A stretch of DNA of 64,000 nucleotides from positions 20,088,001 through 20,152,000 of the forward strand of contig OZ004611.1 of NCBI GenBank assembly GCA_963924565.1, given 5' to 3'. Source of the DNA: Ascidiella aspersa (taxonomy: Eukaryota). A program made the translations under genes and the position numbers. The first letter of the stretch is position 1; every line of letters begins with the position of its first letter. The notes below the pieces were generated by a model, which worked only from the letters and a program-made list of their open reading frames with translations, did not search any database and had not been told where the DNA came from. Below, piece by piece: positions 36,701 through 49,275 of this stretch.

Positions 36701-39547
36701 CATTATGAACGCATTTTAGCTTCTTGTAGTTGATATTCGCGTGACGTCACGAGTCTGCATGGGGCCTTTTCTCAAAAAAATGGATGTAAAATCGTTTTAA
36801 AGCGTCATTATGAATAGGACTGATAGGCGAAAGATGCGTCATAATAAAAAAATGTACGAAATTTCGGGATGGGATGGATTAAAAGGTTTAGTTAGTATTT
36901 CTCCTATATAGTTTAAGCCTTTGTTTGTAAAATGGCTTTGTTTGTAAATGCAGATCTTTAACGAACCTTGAGTATTTGAAAGCCTTAGCACTGCTTTCAT
37001 GAAAATAACATATAGTTAAAGATATCGTTATTAGCGGTGATTGAAACCATACGATATTTGATCAAGTTACACAAACAAATTGGCTATGCACGACACTGCA
37101 TGTGTATTCTTTTTACAGCTCTTGTTGTATCTGTTAACACAGTTTTGACACCCTTGAAAGGCAATCCAAAACTGTTTCAAGTAGAACCAATTAAGGTAGT
37201 CTGCGCAGTCATCGCAAAAGATAACAATGTTAAACATCCGTGGTTTTGTATATAAATACGATTTTTGCGATTGTGTTTTCGTTTTTCTTGAAAACGCAGA
37301 GTTCCTGTTCCTCGAACATGAAAGATATTACGACAAAATTATGTTGGGATTCCAAGCGGCTCATTACATGTGCGGCAAAATTTTTTCTGCCTTTTATGGC
37401 AAGGTTTGTTTCAAGCTCGCGTCCTAAATTGTGGCCGAACTATAAGTACGACAATTAAACTTAAGTTTTTTCTGGAGTCAAATAATTGTTATTACTTCGG
37501 ATCGCCGTCAAGAATGTATAGACATAAATAAACCGATAATGTGTTTACGTCATAAATTTCCTTTTAAGAACCAACCAGCCAAACATTTTTCAAGTTACAA
37601 ATGCCTTAGCTTCAAAACAGTAATGCGCTGAGCCACGAAAAAATCTTAACCCCCGTATTTCTGTTTATTACTTTTACGGGCAAACCAACGATATGATCAA
37701 TATATTGGTCACGTTTTGGTCAATGTGTTGTGCACCATCGGGTAAGTTATGAGGAGAAAGTCGACCAAAGCCTAACAGATTTATTGTAACATTTTGTTGG
37801 AAACTTATACCTGAGCGCATTATATTGCCCACACCATCACCCTACAAAGGGTTCCGGCAAATTACTGAGCTTTATTCTGACCGCCTATTCCACTTCCCTT
37901 TGGGCACGCGTAAATCCGATAACCAAACACGTCTTGTGAAATGCACACAAATAACGTAAATTCGCGTGCGAAAAGTAAAAAGCTACATACGGAAAATAAT
38001 TTAAACTTGCGATTTATTTTCGACCCACGCGAAGTTTCTGCTGTTCGAAACGCTGAGAGTCGATGGCATATTGTTATGTTGCCGTCTGACGCACCTTTGT
38101 GCAAATGTGGTGAAATGAAAATTACTTCAAAGACAATTGTAGCACATGAAATTTACACTACAGGTATCCTTATATTCGACCTAATTCTAATTTTCCCAAA
38201 CATCAAGGGGAAACCTCTTTTGAATATTACTTTTTAGGAAAACCTTTAATTTTTTCTAAAAATACTTATTTCCTGGCACAAAAACCAGAACAATCTTAAT
38301 AGCTATGACAGAGCGTGTTATTATTTAAATTCGTTATTATGTCAATTAAAATCAAAAGTTAATTATAACTTGCAATTTCGAAGTTACAGACATATGTTCT
38401 GTACCGTCAGTAGCAATTATCCAATTGAAGGTAATTGTCGGGTTAATTTTACGATTTCTATTTAAAAGTGAACTTTAAATGGTCAAGCATTTTAATTTCA
38501 CTTTACAATACATTTAGTCAAACCTTTTCATCTTTATGGAAGCTGGTCAGCCAGTTTTAAAATGAAAAGTTACAGGAAGACTGTATATAATGTGCATTTC
38601 TCTTTAAAGCGAAACTGCCTTGGAGCCGTGGCCTTGACTTAAACCCGGATATACGGCGGCCTTATGAGCCCTGTGCATACAGGTAACCAGCGATTGTTAG
38701 GTGTTTATTTAGGATAAACAGCAACTTTCACCATATAATTCAACTGAGAGCCCTGGCGTTTTGCTGTACTCTGTGTGATATTCTTATCTAGTTGGACTGG
38801 CACAAAGACCTTTATATCGATATGTGAAATGTGCTCAAATTTCTCTGCGTAAATAGAAGCCCATACGTGCATAAAAATCGACTATATAGTTGGTTTGCTT
38901 TATTTTTTCACCAATTTATAGGCTACAGTAACAAAGCAAGATAAAGCAGCAATAAACAAAAATGAATCATAAAATCAAAAAGTAATTCATATATATTAAT
39001 GAAAAATAAAATAAAGAATTTGTTCACACTAAAACACTGGAACGAGTACACAGATTGGCGGTTGAAGACTTAAAACAGGTATAGTTCGAAACAAGTACGT
39101 GGCACCTTCTCAAAGGAACATAAATAAATAAATAAAGTATAGAGACATTTGATTGTGCGTCGTCTAGCTTTTTGATTGTAACGTTTAGAACGCAAGTGTT
39201 CCGAACAACAAGACGAAACGCGAAAACGAAATAACGGAACTGGGAGATCGTTTTCACAAAAAACGATGACAGCAACGTATGGTTTGCAAACACAATTGTC
39301 ACGTGTGCTGTTACAGACACTCGCCTTTTCGGCGGAAAAGTTTCAGCATTTTATCCTTTTATTCACTTTCTACTTCCATGCGCGCGCACGAAGCTTGCCG
39401 CCTCCACCTTTCTCCAAGCGCAAGTAACCCCAGTAGCAGCAGTAGTAGCCTCTACTTGAACCAGCAGCCTATCCAAGCCTCTCTAAAGTTGCGTAAGCTC
39501 AAATTCGAATCGCGCCAACAGGGCGACCATCATCAGCCTTCGACCAC

Positions 39548-41981
39548 TCAGCGACTTCCAAGCGTCTTCCTCACGGTTGCACGCAGAGTCCTCCCAAGGC
39601 TGCTTCGTCTCCTCTTGCCCGTCTCGATCGATGTGGTGGACTCCATGTCGGACGAGGAGGAACAACTTCCCGAGTTGCTGCTTCGTGAACAGGTTGGCGT
39701 ACGCTCGGCGTCGGCGGTGGCTGTGGTACAGTCCGAGTTTTCCTTTATCGGCTTGCCTTTGATCCAGTCGATGATGCTCTTGCGTCGCTTGCCGAAGGAG
39801 CGTTTTCGCTTTCGCGCCGGACAGGAGGACTCCAGTTCCAGCTCGCTACAACAGGTGATCGACTTGAAGGTGTCTTCTGCACAGTCGCAATCAACATTAT
39901 CGGGTGCGTCGCCAGCACAATCCTGCGACACTGCGGCAGTTGTTTCGGCGGCCGCCGGTTCGGTGTGCGTCATGACGTGGATAAACTCGCTGAGGCTTAC
40001 GAGTCCGTCGCCGTCCTTGTCAGCCTCCAGCATCATCGCTTCCAGATCGTCATCAGTGACTTCATCGCCCAGTCGGCCCAGCAGCTCGCGCAGCTCTCGA
40101 GGCGAGATGAAGCCGTCGCCGTCCTTGTCGAACTCGCGGAAGATACGTCCGATCTCGTCTTCCGAGACGCAAAACTGAGGGAAGAGAAAATAGGGAGTAA
40201 AAATCGGCGAAATTTTTTTCAAGTAAACACATTAATTTGATGGTTGTCGCGATAGTTTAAATATATGCTAATCTGAATTCAATATCAGCCTAAATCGGTG
40301 AATTTTTATCAAGGACGCTTGTCTATTTATTCGCGAATCTCACGGCATACAGCAAGTACAAAAAATTCGCCTTTTTAGGATTGTTTGTTTTCAAAACCGA
40401 CAAATCTAAATACCGAAGCCCTGCGTATGTGTAATGGCGAGATTTTGTCAAGGGCTATCGATTTGTCGCGCTCCCAAGTTGAATGGATGGTCCCGGTAAC
40501 AGCCTGTTTTTGTTTTGGTTTTCAGCTCGGGCTGGCGCATCATTCATTTGCCAAGTGCTGTCGAGGAGGCTTTTGCTATATGGAGTCGCCACTCTAATGC
40601 GTGTTGCGATGTCATGCGACCCGAGTATTATCGATTTTTTGACGAAAACCCTGGAGTTAACGAGGGGTGCCGTATTTTAGTTTTTAGCATACGATGCACA
40701 ATATATGTATTACCGTTTCTCCTCAAAAACGGCTTGGGCAGTTTTATTGTAATAAGAATATCAAAGACAATACAGAAGTAGGTATAAATTTGAACGTTTC
40801 GAAAAGATACCTACTTCTGTATGAGCTTTAATATTCCTATTACATCTTACTACAACCTCCAGCCATTATGCTCCAATGTTTCATTGCGAAAACACCTTAT
40901 TGGCCGACACTGAACGTTGCTTCGAATTTGCCAATGTTCAAAATCACCAATAGTGTCTAATAAAAAAATCAAATTACCGTGACGATGTTGGCCATGATTG
41001 AAAGGAAGTCGGGAAAGTCGATGCAACGCATCACGGCGGTGACGTTGTCTTCCAGACCCACCACCTTGGATACGAGACTGCACAGCTCCCGTTCCGACAT
41101 TTGCATTCCGATGGAGCACGCCACTGTGGCCACATCCTATTAAACCAAGCAGAAAAACGTTATTATTTTACTTTACGTTGGCTGTATACCTTCAATGCTG
41201 ATTTTAATTTACCCGCGTTTACTTTAAACTGACTTTATTGCGACGCGCTGTGTAACTCCAAATGCCCGAGGCAGTTAGTTATTATGTTTCAAGTTATCGG
41301 ATGATTAAGATTGCAGGCTTGTTACGCCACATGTCGGCAATTGTAATCCTTCAGTATAGGAAACCTCATAAAAGACTACCGTTCCGCCAAATAACGGTAT
41401 AAGTTAGTGTATTAGGGAACAAGAAATATTTATTTACCCGGATGGTGATCTTGCCGATTCTCTTTCTGTCCAGCATTTGAAAGGCTTGCTTGTACTCCAA
41501 AAGCAGGTCTTCTGGCATACAGTCCTCCATCTGCACGTGAAAACACAGTGTTCAGGCTAAGCAGCAAAAAAGCCAGCAGCGGATCCGCGCTTTGCAATAA
41601 TCCTCGCGCTCGCGTCGACTTTACGCAACTGCGAGCGGGCGACTTGACTCGTTGTTGCGTCAAGCACTTAAAATACGATAAAATTAACTTTAGGGCCGTC
41701 AAACAACCGAGCATCGACTTCTTAATCGACCCGACGGCAGCCGCTAATCGAAGCAAGCGCTGCACCCGCTTACCTCTGGCCGTGCACTTGCGAGTCGGCG
41801 CTTACGTAACGGGCGGCAATCGAAATTGACAAAGCAATTAAACGAAACAAGCTGGCCCCTAAGGAGCCCCGATGGCGAACGAATGTCGGTTTAACTTTAA
41901 AGCGACCGTGGCGCTTACCTTTGAGTCTTGGCTGCTGTCTTGTCCGTAACCGATGAAGTTGTTGTTTGTCACGTCAATCAT
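39548..41981 (-). CDS. Calmodulin-like EF-hand protein with long C-terminal extension; exons 41981(or 42095)-41919 (tentative), 41530-41438, 41136-40978, 40174-39548
   Basis: Phase-0 GT-AG joins give [31 protein letters not shown]|[10 protein letters not shown]...[15 protein letters not shown]|[62 protein letters not shown]. Confidence 0.88.
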
Positions 41982-44900
41982 GCTGCGCCGCTTTGCAAAA
42001 TGAAGAGTTGATATAATCCGTAGCGTGTGCGTATATTTTTGTTTGACGGCAGGGCCGCGCTGTGCTTTTTCGCTCTTCGCCTGTTGTCTGCTCATTTAGA
42101 CCCCAACCCTCGCCTTTTAAACCGAGCCGGATCGAAATCGAACGAGCCTTTTTCCTCTGCTGATTGGGCCGTGCCATCGCGCGCCTTCCTTTTTTCGCGT
42201 GCGGTCGCGATCGGTACACACTGTGACGCGAGCAACAGACACGTCGTTTCCAAGCGGCGGCTATTCCGAGAATCGCCCAGCGTAGTGGACGCAGTTAGAT
42301 ATCCGCACTCCCTTTGGCTATAATTATGCACGTTTGCGTGAACGGAGCGGGGGCGCTTTTTAATAGACACCATCGCTTAAAATTCTAAGGACAAAATAAC
42401 GTGTTAACAAAAGCGCAGAGGGTGGCTACCAACCGACTGTATATGCATGTATGATCTGGTATTTCTCGGATTTTTGAGGTTCCACTTTGTTAACGTGAAC
42501 CAATGCAGAGCGGAGATTAATAGGCAGCAACACATTGCCATGGTAATGAATTTAATAAAAGATGCACTTTCACACTGCTATAAAGGTGTTCATTCAAACG
42601 TATTGCACGTTTTTTATACCTTTTTAATTGAGTGGAGAAATTAGATTTAGAAAACCGATAGCGGTTTTATCGAAATATGTCCTTTGTCAAAGTTTTCAAT
42701 AATTTTGCGCCGGCCCGAACGATAAGAAATAACAAGTGAAAGTAGTATTTGACATAAAAGCAAAACTAAGCATTGGCGCGCCGCAATGGAGTGATAAGTT
42801 TTTCAGAAACTATTACCGATTTAGGATGTGGAATCCATTTTAGGTTACTATAACCCTCATTAATTATCAGAGCATAAATTTTAGCCACTTTCTCTTAAGA
42901 GGCAAAAGGTTCGATATTGAAAACATTTGCCTTTGATCAAAATAAGCAGACAAAATCAAGTCTGATGCAGCACAACGGTACGTGACAAATTAGCTTGTTT
43001 CGACAAGTAAGTGCACTGCTGCGTCAGCCACAATAGGCATATCTGCCGAATATTCTATTCCATAATTACACGTGGAGAACGTGAGTCAACACGGTTATGG
43101 TGCATTTCACCAACATGTTTCAGCTACACTATATGCTGGGGTTTCGAAAACGCACGGTTCGACTTCAAGCGAAAAAAGGTTTCGAATTAATAATTAATAA
43201 GTTGGCTTTAATTTAAACTTATTTCTGGTCTCAAACAGCCACTTTTACGCTTTGCAGGTACACGTGCTCTATGACTCAGTGTTTCTGGCGTGCACAGATC
43301 TGCAAACGGATAAAATCGAAAAGCCATAAATCATCGGTTTATTTGCAATACTCCCCCCTAACATTGTTCTCAGGACTTACTGAGCTTTACAGGGATTGTA
43401 AACTCAAGAAAGATAGGAAAGCTTTTTAACTGTACATTTAAAATATTTTTTTCTAGTATGGCCGCTGTCATTTTCAAATCGAACAACCTACTAAAAAGTA
43501 GTTTTTTTTTAATGGCTGTGCTGCTAACACAAGAATTAAAAATACTTGTATTAACATTTAAAATATCAGTGTTAAATGCGACAGAAGTATCAACACTACT
43601 CTAAATTTTTTATGAAAATACTGTTAACATCAAAGATAAATCTCTATAGTAGTTCAAAATGTTTTCATATTAATGATATTCTCATAAAGACACGACTTAT
43701 TCTAAATTGTTAAGCAAATCTTATGCCATACGAATGCCACTCAATAAATGTTCGGTTGGTTTTGTCGTTTCAGCTTACAATTGTAATTTAAGTTGTTTTT
43801 ACCTTTCTGAAAACCAACTTTTCTTCGAAGTTGCAAAGTTGATTTTCTTCGAAGTTGCGAAGTTGATTTACTAAAATAAAAACTATGATTTTCAAATTGC
43901 AGTCTGCAGTTGATTTACCAAACCAATCATAAGGGACTTTTCAAATTAAACATTAGTTACAAATTTACTGATAAATTACTTTAAACCGTAAATTGCTAAA
44001 ACACATTATTATATTATATTTATTTCGACAACATTCGTACAGTTAAGCAGCGTCAAAAATTGACAATCGAAATGTTTTTTTCAACAACAGCGTTGCACTG
44101 TGTTAATTTTATCCAAGACACCGTATTGTTGTTTTCGCTATGACCTTCAATTGAAATCAAGTCAAACGTACCTATAAAAATTCCATAATAGTGGCTTGTG
44201 GACGGCTAAAGCTTTATTTACCTTGCGTAAATGTGCCGGACACGACTAACGTAAAGGTTACGCGCTCCCGTTTCCATTCTATTCCGTAATTAGCATTCGA
44301 TTTCGCTTGCGTCGAAAATTTGCGTGATCAACGACTCCACGTTTGGGCGATATTTTTGCAATTCCAGCTAATTACCTGGCGATGTAGGGCCTTGCGATTC
44401 GGCTATTTAGAACGCCAATCGCTATAAAAAAACACCAAAACAAATTATATAGCTTGTTGCTTTTGTGCTTATTTATTTTTAAACCATTGGGTATTTTGTA
44501 GAGCTAAGGGTCGTTTTACGGAATGTTAGTTATTTAAAGAGTGTGGCGGTTGTTTTACAAAACTGCGTTGTGAAAATCTATTCAGTTTGTCTTGAATATT
44601 GTGCTTAAATTTAATTGAAGTTGCAATTTTAACATTATATAGTCTCTTTCAAATAAACGCAAACTTGACAGGAGAAAATAGGTTGTGCTTAAGTCCAGCT
44701 CGAGCTCTTAATAAAAATATAAGTTTAGTTTACCCCCAGAAACTTCAGTTGGTTTTGAAGTACTGATGGCACTGAAAATGCTTCTTATTGCAGGTAATCA
44801 ACTTACGATACAATTGTTACAAAAGGAAACTTAGAAACGTCAAAGGGGGTGTCTCTCTTAAGAATGAAAACTCTTTTACCGAGGAACCCTAAAAATAAAT

Positions 44901-45112
44901 TTCGGTTGGCGTGGACTATGGTCTGTATGAATTTTGTGATGGCGTGATACAAAACAAGTATAGACTTGAGAAACCTGCTGTTTTCAGTCCAACAAATGTG
45001 AAATTTAATAGAATCTAAATACATTCAAGGAAAAAGCGTCAAAGCGTTTTATTAACTCAAGTCTGTTTACTTAAAAAAAAATTAATTCCGTTTTTTTAAT
45101 TAAACAACAGTA

Positions 45113-45926
45113 TTTTACTTCCTCTAAATAATCAAGTTAAATCGTTTTCTCGAGCGCCGGCTCGACCGTTGCCGGCCGCGCCAGGTCCAATCGGAGGACA
45201 TCACTAAGTCATTCAATCGGTAGTAGGGACGTGCGGTGTGTACAAAGGGCAGGAAAGTAATCAACGCGAGCTAATGACTCGCGCTTACTGCGAATCACTC
45301 GTCCAAGGGAAATAATTGCAATTCACTAACCCTAGCACAATCGGGTTCAGCGGGTTACCCAGACCTTTCGGCATAGGCAAGCACATGCTGATCCGGTCAG
45401 TGTAGCGCGCGTGCGGCCTCGAACATCTAAGAGCATCACAGGCCTGTTATTGCTCAATCTCGTGTGGCTAAACGCCACTAGTCCCTCTAAGACGTTAGAC
45501 GCCGGCCGATTGGGTCGCGTAACTAGTTAGCAAGGCAGAGTCTCGTTCGTTATCGGAATTAACAAGACAAATCGCTCCACCAACTAAGAACGGCTATGCA
45601 CCGCCACCCACAGAATGAAGAAAGAGCTCTCAATCTGTCAATCCTCACTGTGTCNNNNNNNNNNNNNNNNNNNNNNNNNNNNNNNNNNNNNNNNNNNNNN
45701 NNNNNNNNNNNNNNNNNNNNNNNNNNNNNNNNNNNNNNNNNNNNNNNNNNNNNNNNNNNNNNNNNNNNNNNNNNNNNNNNNNNNNNNNNNNNNNNNNNNN
45801 NNNNGGTCGAAAACTAACGCCCCTCGATGGCTATAGTTGGCATCGTTTATAGTCAGAATTAGGACGGTATCTGATCGTCTTCGAACCTCTGACGTTCGCT
45901 CTTGATTAAAGAAAACATTCTTGGCA
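45113..45926 (-). pseudogene. Isolated, decayed 18S rRNA fragment (3' part), interrupted by 150 Ns
   Basis: Reverse-complement 18S motifs (TTTTACTTCCTCTA, GCGGTGTGTACAAAGGGCAGG, ACAAATCGCTCCACCAACTAAGAACGGC, GACGGTATCTGATCGTCTTCGAACC) with substitutions at invariant sites. No ITS or other rDNA nearby. Confidence 0.93.
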
Positions 45927-48900
45927 TTTCGCGTTTCAAACACTCTTACGTTTCAATTGCAGTGCATACTGTAAAATAAACGGTTTATTTGTTTTTTACG
46001 ACAGATTAGGCACTTCAAATTGAACAAAAAGAAAGTTAAACGCACGCCTTACAGGCCTACTCGGGGCCCAACCAACTGTACGGTTTTCAAGGTCGCTTGA
46101 TCAATATGAACCTAATATAGAGTCTCTTTGCTCGAGATGCGTATAAGAAGTGGGTGGATTGAAGATTAAACGAATTTAACACTTGGATGCTTTGTGATAA
46201 GCACGAACCTTTTCGCGAATGTATTGCTACAAAAACGATTGTTGCAACAGCCCTTTAAACATTTCTGTCCCTGGAAGATATTGTCTATATAGTTACAGGG
46301 ATCCTAAACTCTACTCGGGTAAGTTAAGAGGTTCGCGCAATTACGGTCTGGCGAATAGAAGGATTCTCCAGATACGAAATTTTGAGATCTCAACATTTTG
46401 TGATCAACCATGCCCAAGCTTAGGGAAATTGCATTGTGAAATGCAAAGCCTTCCAAGAGATTTAAGTTTAACTGATGACGAATAATTAAAAAATAGGTGC
46501 ATCTTGCCTCTCAGGGCTGCATGGGCTACGGTTGTTAAACTCTGAATTAGGGTTTTCACCCTAAAAACTGTCTCATGATTACAAATTATTCATAGCTCGC
46601 AAGAGGGTTTCTGACAGATGTCGGACTTCGGATATCAGTTTGGTTACGCTTTTCAGGTGTAACGTTTACAATCAGGAAGTCTTGACATAATATTCTCAAT
46701 TAAAAAAAAAACGAAATTTAATGACGCTCATTCGAGTAACCAAACCCAACGGAAATGAAAAACGTTTAAAACGTCTTCGGTTTGACTCTAGGGGTTATAA
46801 AAAATTGCCTTGTTTAAAAAAAAACAATCAGGTATTGATTAAATACATCTCGTTGGTAAAGTTTGTTGACCTATTCTTTAAAAAACAGAAAACCAAACGG
46901 CAGTTGAGTCACAGTATAGCACTCTAAAGCTATAATTTACACGTTAAAGCATGGTTTATTTGTCTCCTTTTGATCGGGAATAAACAAAAGGTTTTTGACC
47001 AAAGTTCCAACGGTGTTCCATCCCGATAAAAAGAAAGTCGCCATTTGGAACAAAGGTGAGGGGGATTTTACCTACGTCACCCGTCCGATTGCGAAAACCA
47101 CCGTTTATTTGATTTTCCGCCGAATTTGCGCCCTAAAGTACAAGCACAAACAGACGCAAGAGTAACGCAAATAGGGACAGATGACATGATGCGTCTTGCA
47201 TTCTAAAAGCGTATACTATTCAAGGCAAAACATATTCTCATGCTTCGGTGGTCAAAAGCCTCTCGCAATTTGACAAATGCCAATCTCTGTTTGTGTAAGT
47301 AGGGGGTAATCTGCGTTGCCTCTCCCGCACCTGCTTCTTGACACAGTGTGTTTTCACAGTGTGTTTTCCCTTTGTGCGTCAATTGCAGATCACATATAGC
47401 TAATAAGGTAACCACGCGGTGTTTGTAAAAACTGAATCGGGCAAGTCGCGAGTCTCTTTCTTTTCGAACAAAAAATCAGATTAGAAGCTAAACATTTTGC
47501 AGCGTTGCTCTTAATATTGATTAACTTTGTTTAAAGACGAAAATAAAGCACATGTTATTTTTGCAAAGTTTGTCTAGTCCTAAAAAGTAAAAAAAAACTC
47601 GGGGTAGATGCTTTTAAAACCATTCACATGCAAGAACGCTTAACAAATTTACCTTAACAAAATATTTAAGTGGTGAGTTGTTGCCCAATAATAGATTCCG
47701 TGTTTGGCAAATTGTTTAACTCTTGAGCAAAGAGGCTAATATTTGACACACAGAAAACAGTATTATTTGTTGAAAAGACGGAAATTAAAATTGGACTTTT
47801 CTATGTAGGTTGTAGGCTTTAAATTTGTATTTTATTTATAGAAGGTAGGATTATAGAAAATAGAGTCCCATAATATCAATTTTGCTTGACCAAAACTTAA
47901 TCAAATTTATCAAAATTAAGCAAAAAATAATTATTTTAATTTAGTGTTCTTGTCAAGACTAGAGTTCTTTGTAGCAACAGGTAACACGATAAAACATATA
48001 AAAACAACTTTAAATGATTGAGAACCACTTGAGTGAGATCAAACTCAATCGGGAGCAATACGCCCTTTACGTCAAACAAATCCGAATTAAAAATAACTGG
48101 TCAGGGCAACATGAGTGTTGCCAAAACGCAAAGTTTTTAAAATGAAATTAACAACAACATGAAACATGCTCTATATCTTGCACACCCCCGTTTGACTTGA
48201 ATTTAGTATGACAGCTATAGCTTGACAAGAACTGGTTGGTGGCACAATGGAGATCGATAAGATGATTTTTTACTGTGACTCGGCCCGTTCGCACATACTG
48301 GCAATTCAATTTTACGCGCGATCGTAATTACCGGGTGCTATTTACCCTGGCCAAAATGTTTACAGGTATTTTGTTTTCGGCTGTTTGCTCTAGGCTTAAA
48401 ACTGGACCGAAAACGACTCGCGCACACATTACCGTTTTGATTGGGGCGATCTTTATGGCTGCGGGCGCCCCTTAAGGATTTAAGCAGGCGACGGCCGTTC
48501 CAATTGTTGTTTTTTGGTTGCCGTTTCCTGTTTGCCGAGGTGACAGTTTTATTCTCTGACGTTGTTAAGGCGACCGCCGCCTGTTTTGGTTCAAAAATCT
48601 AGCCGGGGTTTGGGTGAAAGCCAAGGAGTGCCTCGAGGCTTTTTCGACCCTAATACATTTCCAATGACAATTTTTTTTATAAAAAAACGTTTAGTATTTA
48701 GGCATTTTAAAGTAGTCACTTTTCACCAGGGGCTTACCTAAATTTCTCATGCAATTGAAATCGAGTCAAATTGTACTCAACTATAGCTTTCAAGCGCAAA
48801 GCTCCAAAAAAATGATTATGTTTGGTTTAAGTAGGCAAATCTTTTGATTAACAAAAAGACGTGACACATGAAGAACACAAAAAATAAAATATGCTGATAT

Positions 48901-49150
48901 TCGTTTTACTTTTGTTGATGTTTATCATAAAAGACGGAACTCATCAGCGAACATAATCATAGATTATTTTGAAGGACCGTTCATTTTACAGAGCTCCGTA
49001 CTGTGAAAATCCCCCTTTCGCACTCCGCCTTTGGTCTAAAAGCCTCTCTAAAAAATGAAAGGCAGTTACGATTCGCCTGAAGCGCGAAACATTTTTGCAT
49101 TTTAGGATGGTAAACATAGTTCTCCTTGTGTGTATAGCTTGTAAAACAAG

Positions 49151-49275
49151 TGGGCGGGCGGGGTGACTTTCACTGGCGGACGTAGGTAGCCGACACCATG
49201 CAGTTGTTTTAGGCTATATAAATTAACTTGAATTCTACTAAACCCTCTAGTAAACATCCGTCTTTCTAGGTAAGT
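49151..49275 (+). promoter_or_regulatory. Possible Pol II core promoter (GC box, TATA) and short first exon
   Basis: GGGCGGGCGGGG at 49151, CTATATAAA at ~49214, AG|GTAAGT donor at ~49269. No downstream protein recognised. Confidence 0.3.

Noticed and set aside
39279-40178. 299-aa plus-strand ORF
   Set aside because: Antisense shadow of the GC-rich EF-hand exon; no recognisable domain.
45113-45926. Functional rDNA unit
   Set aside because: Partial, mutated at conserved sites, and lacking 5.8S, 28S and spacers.
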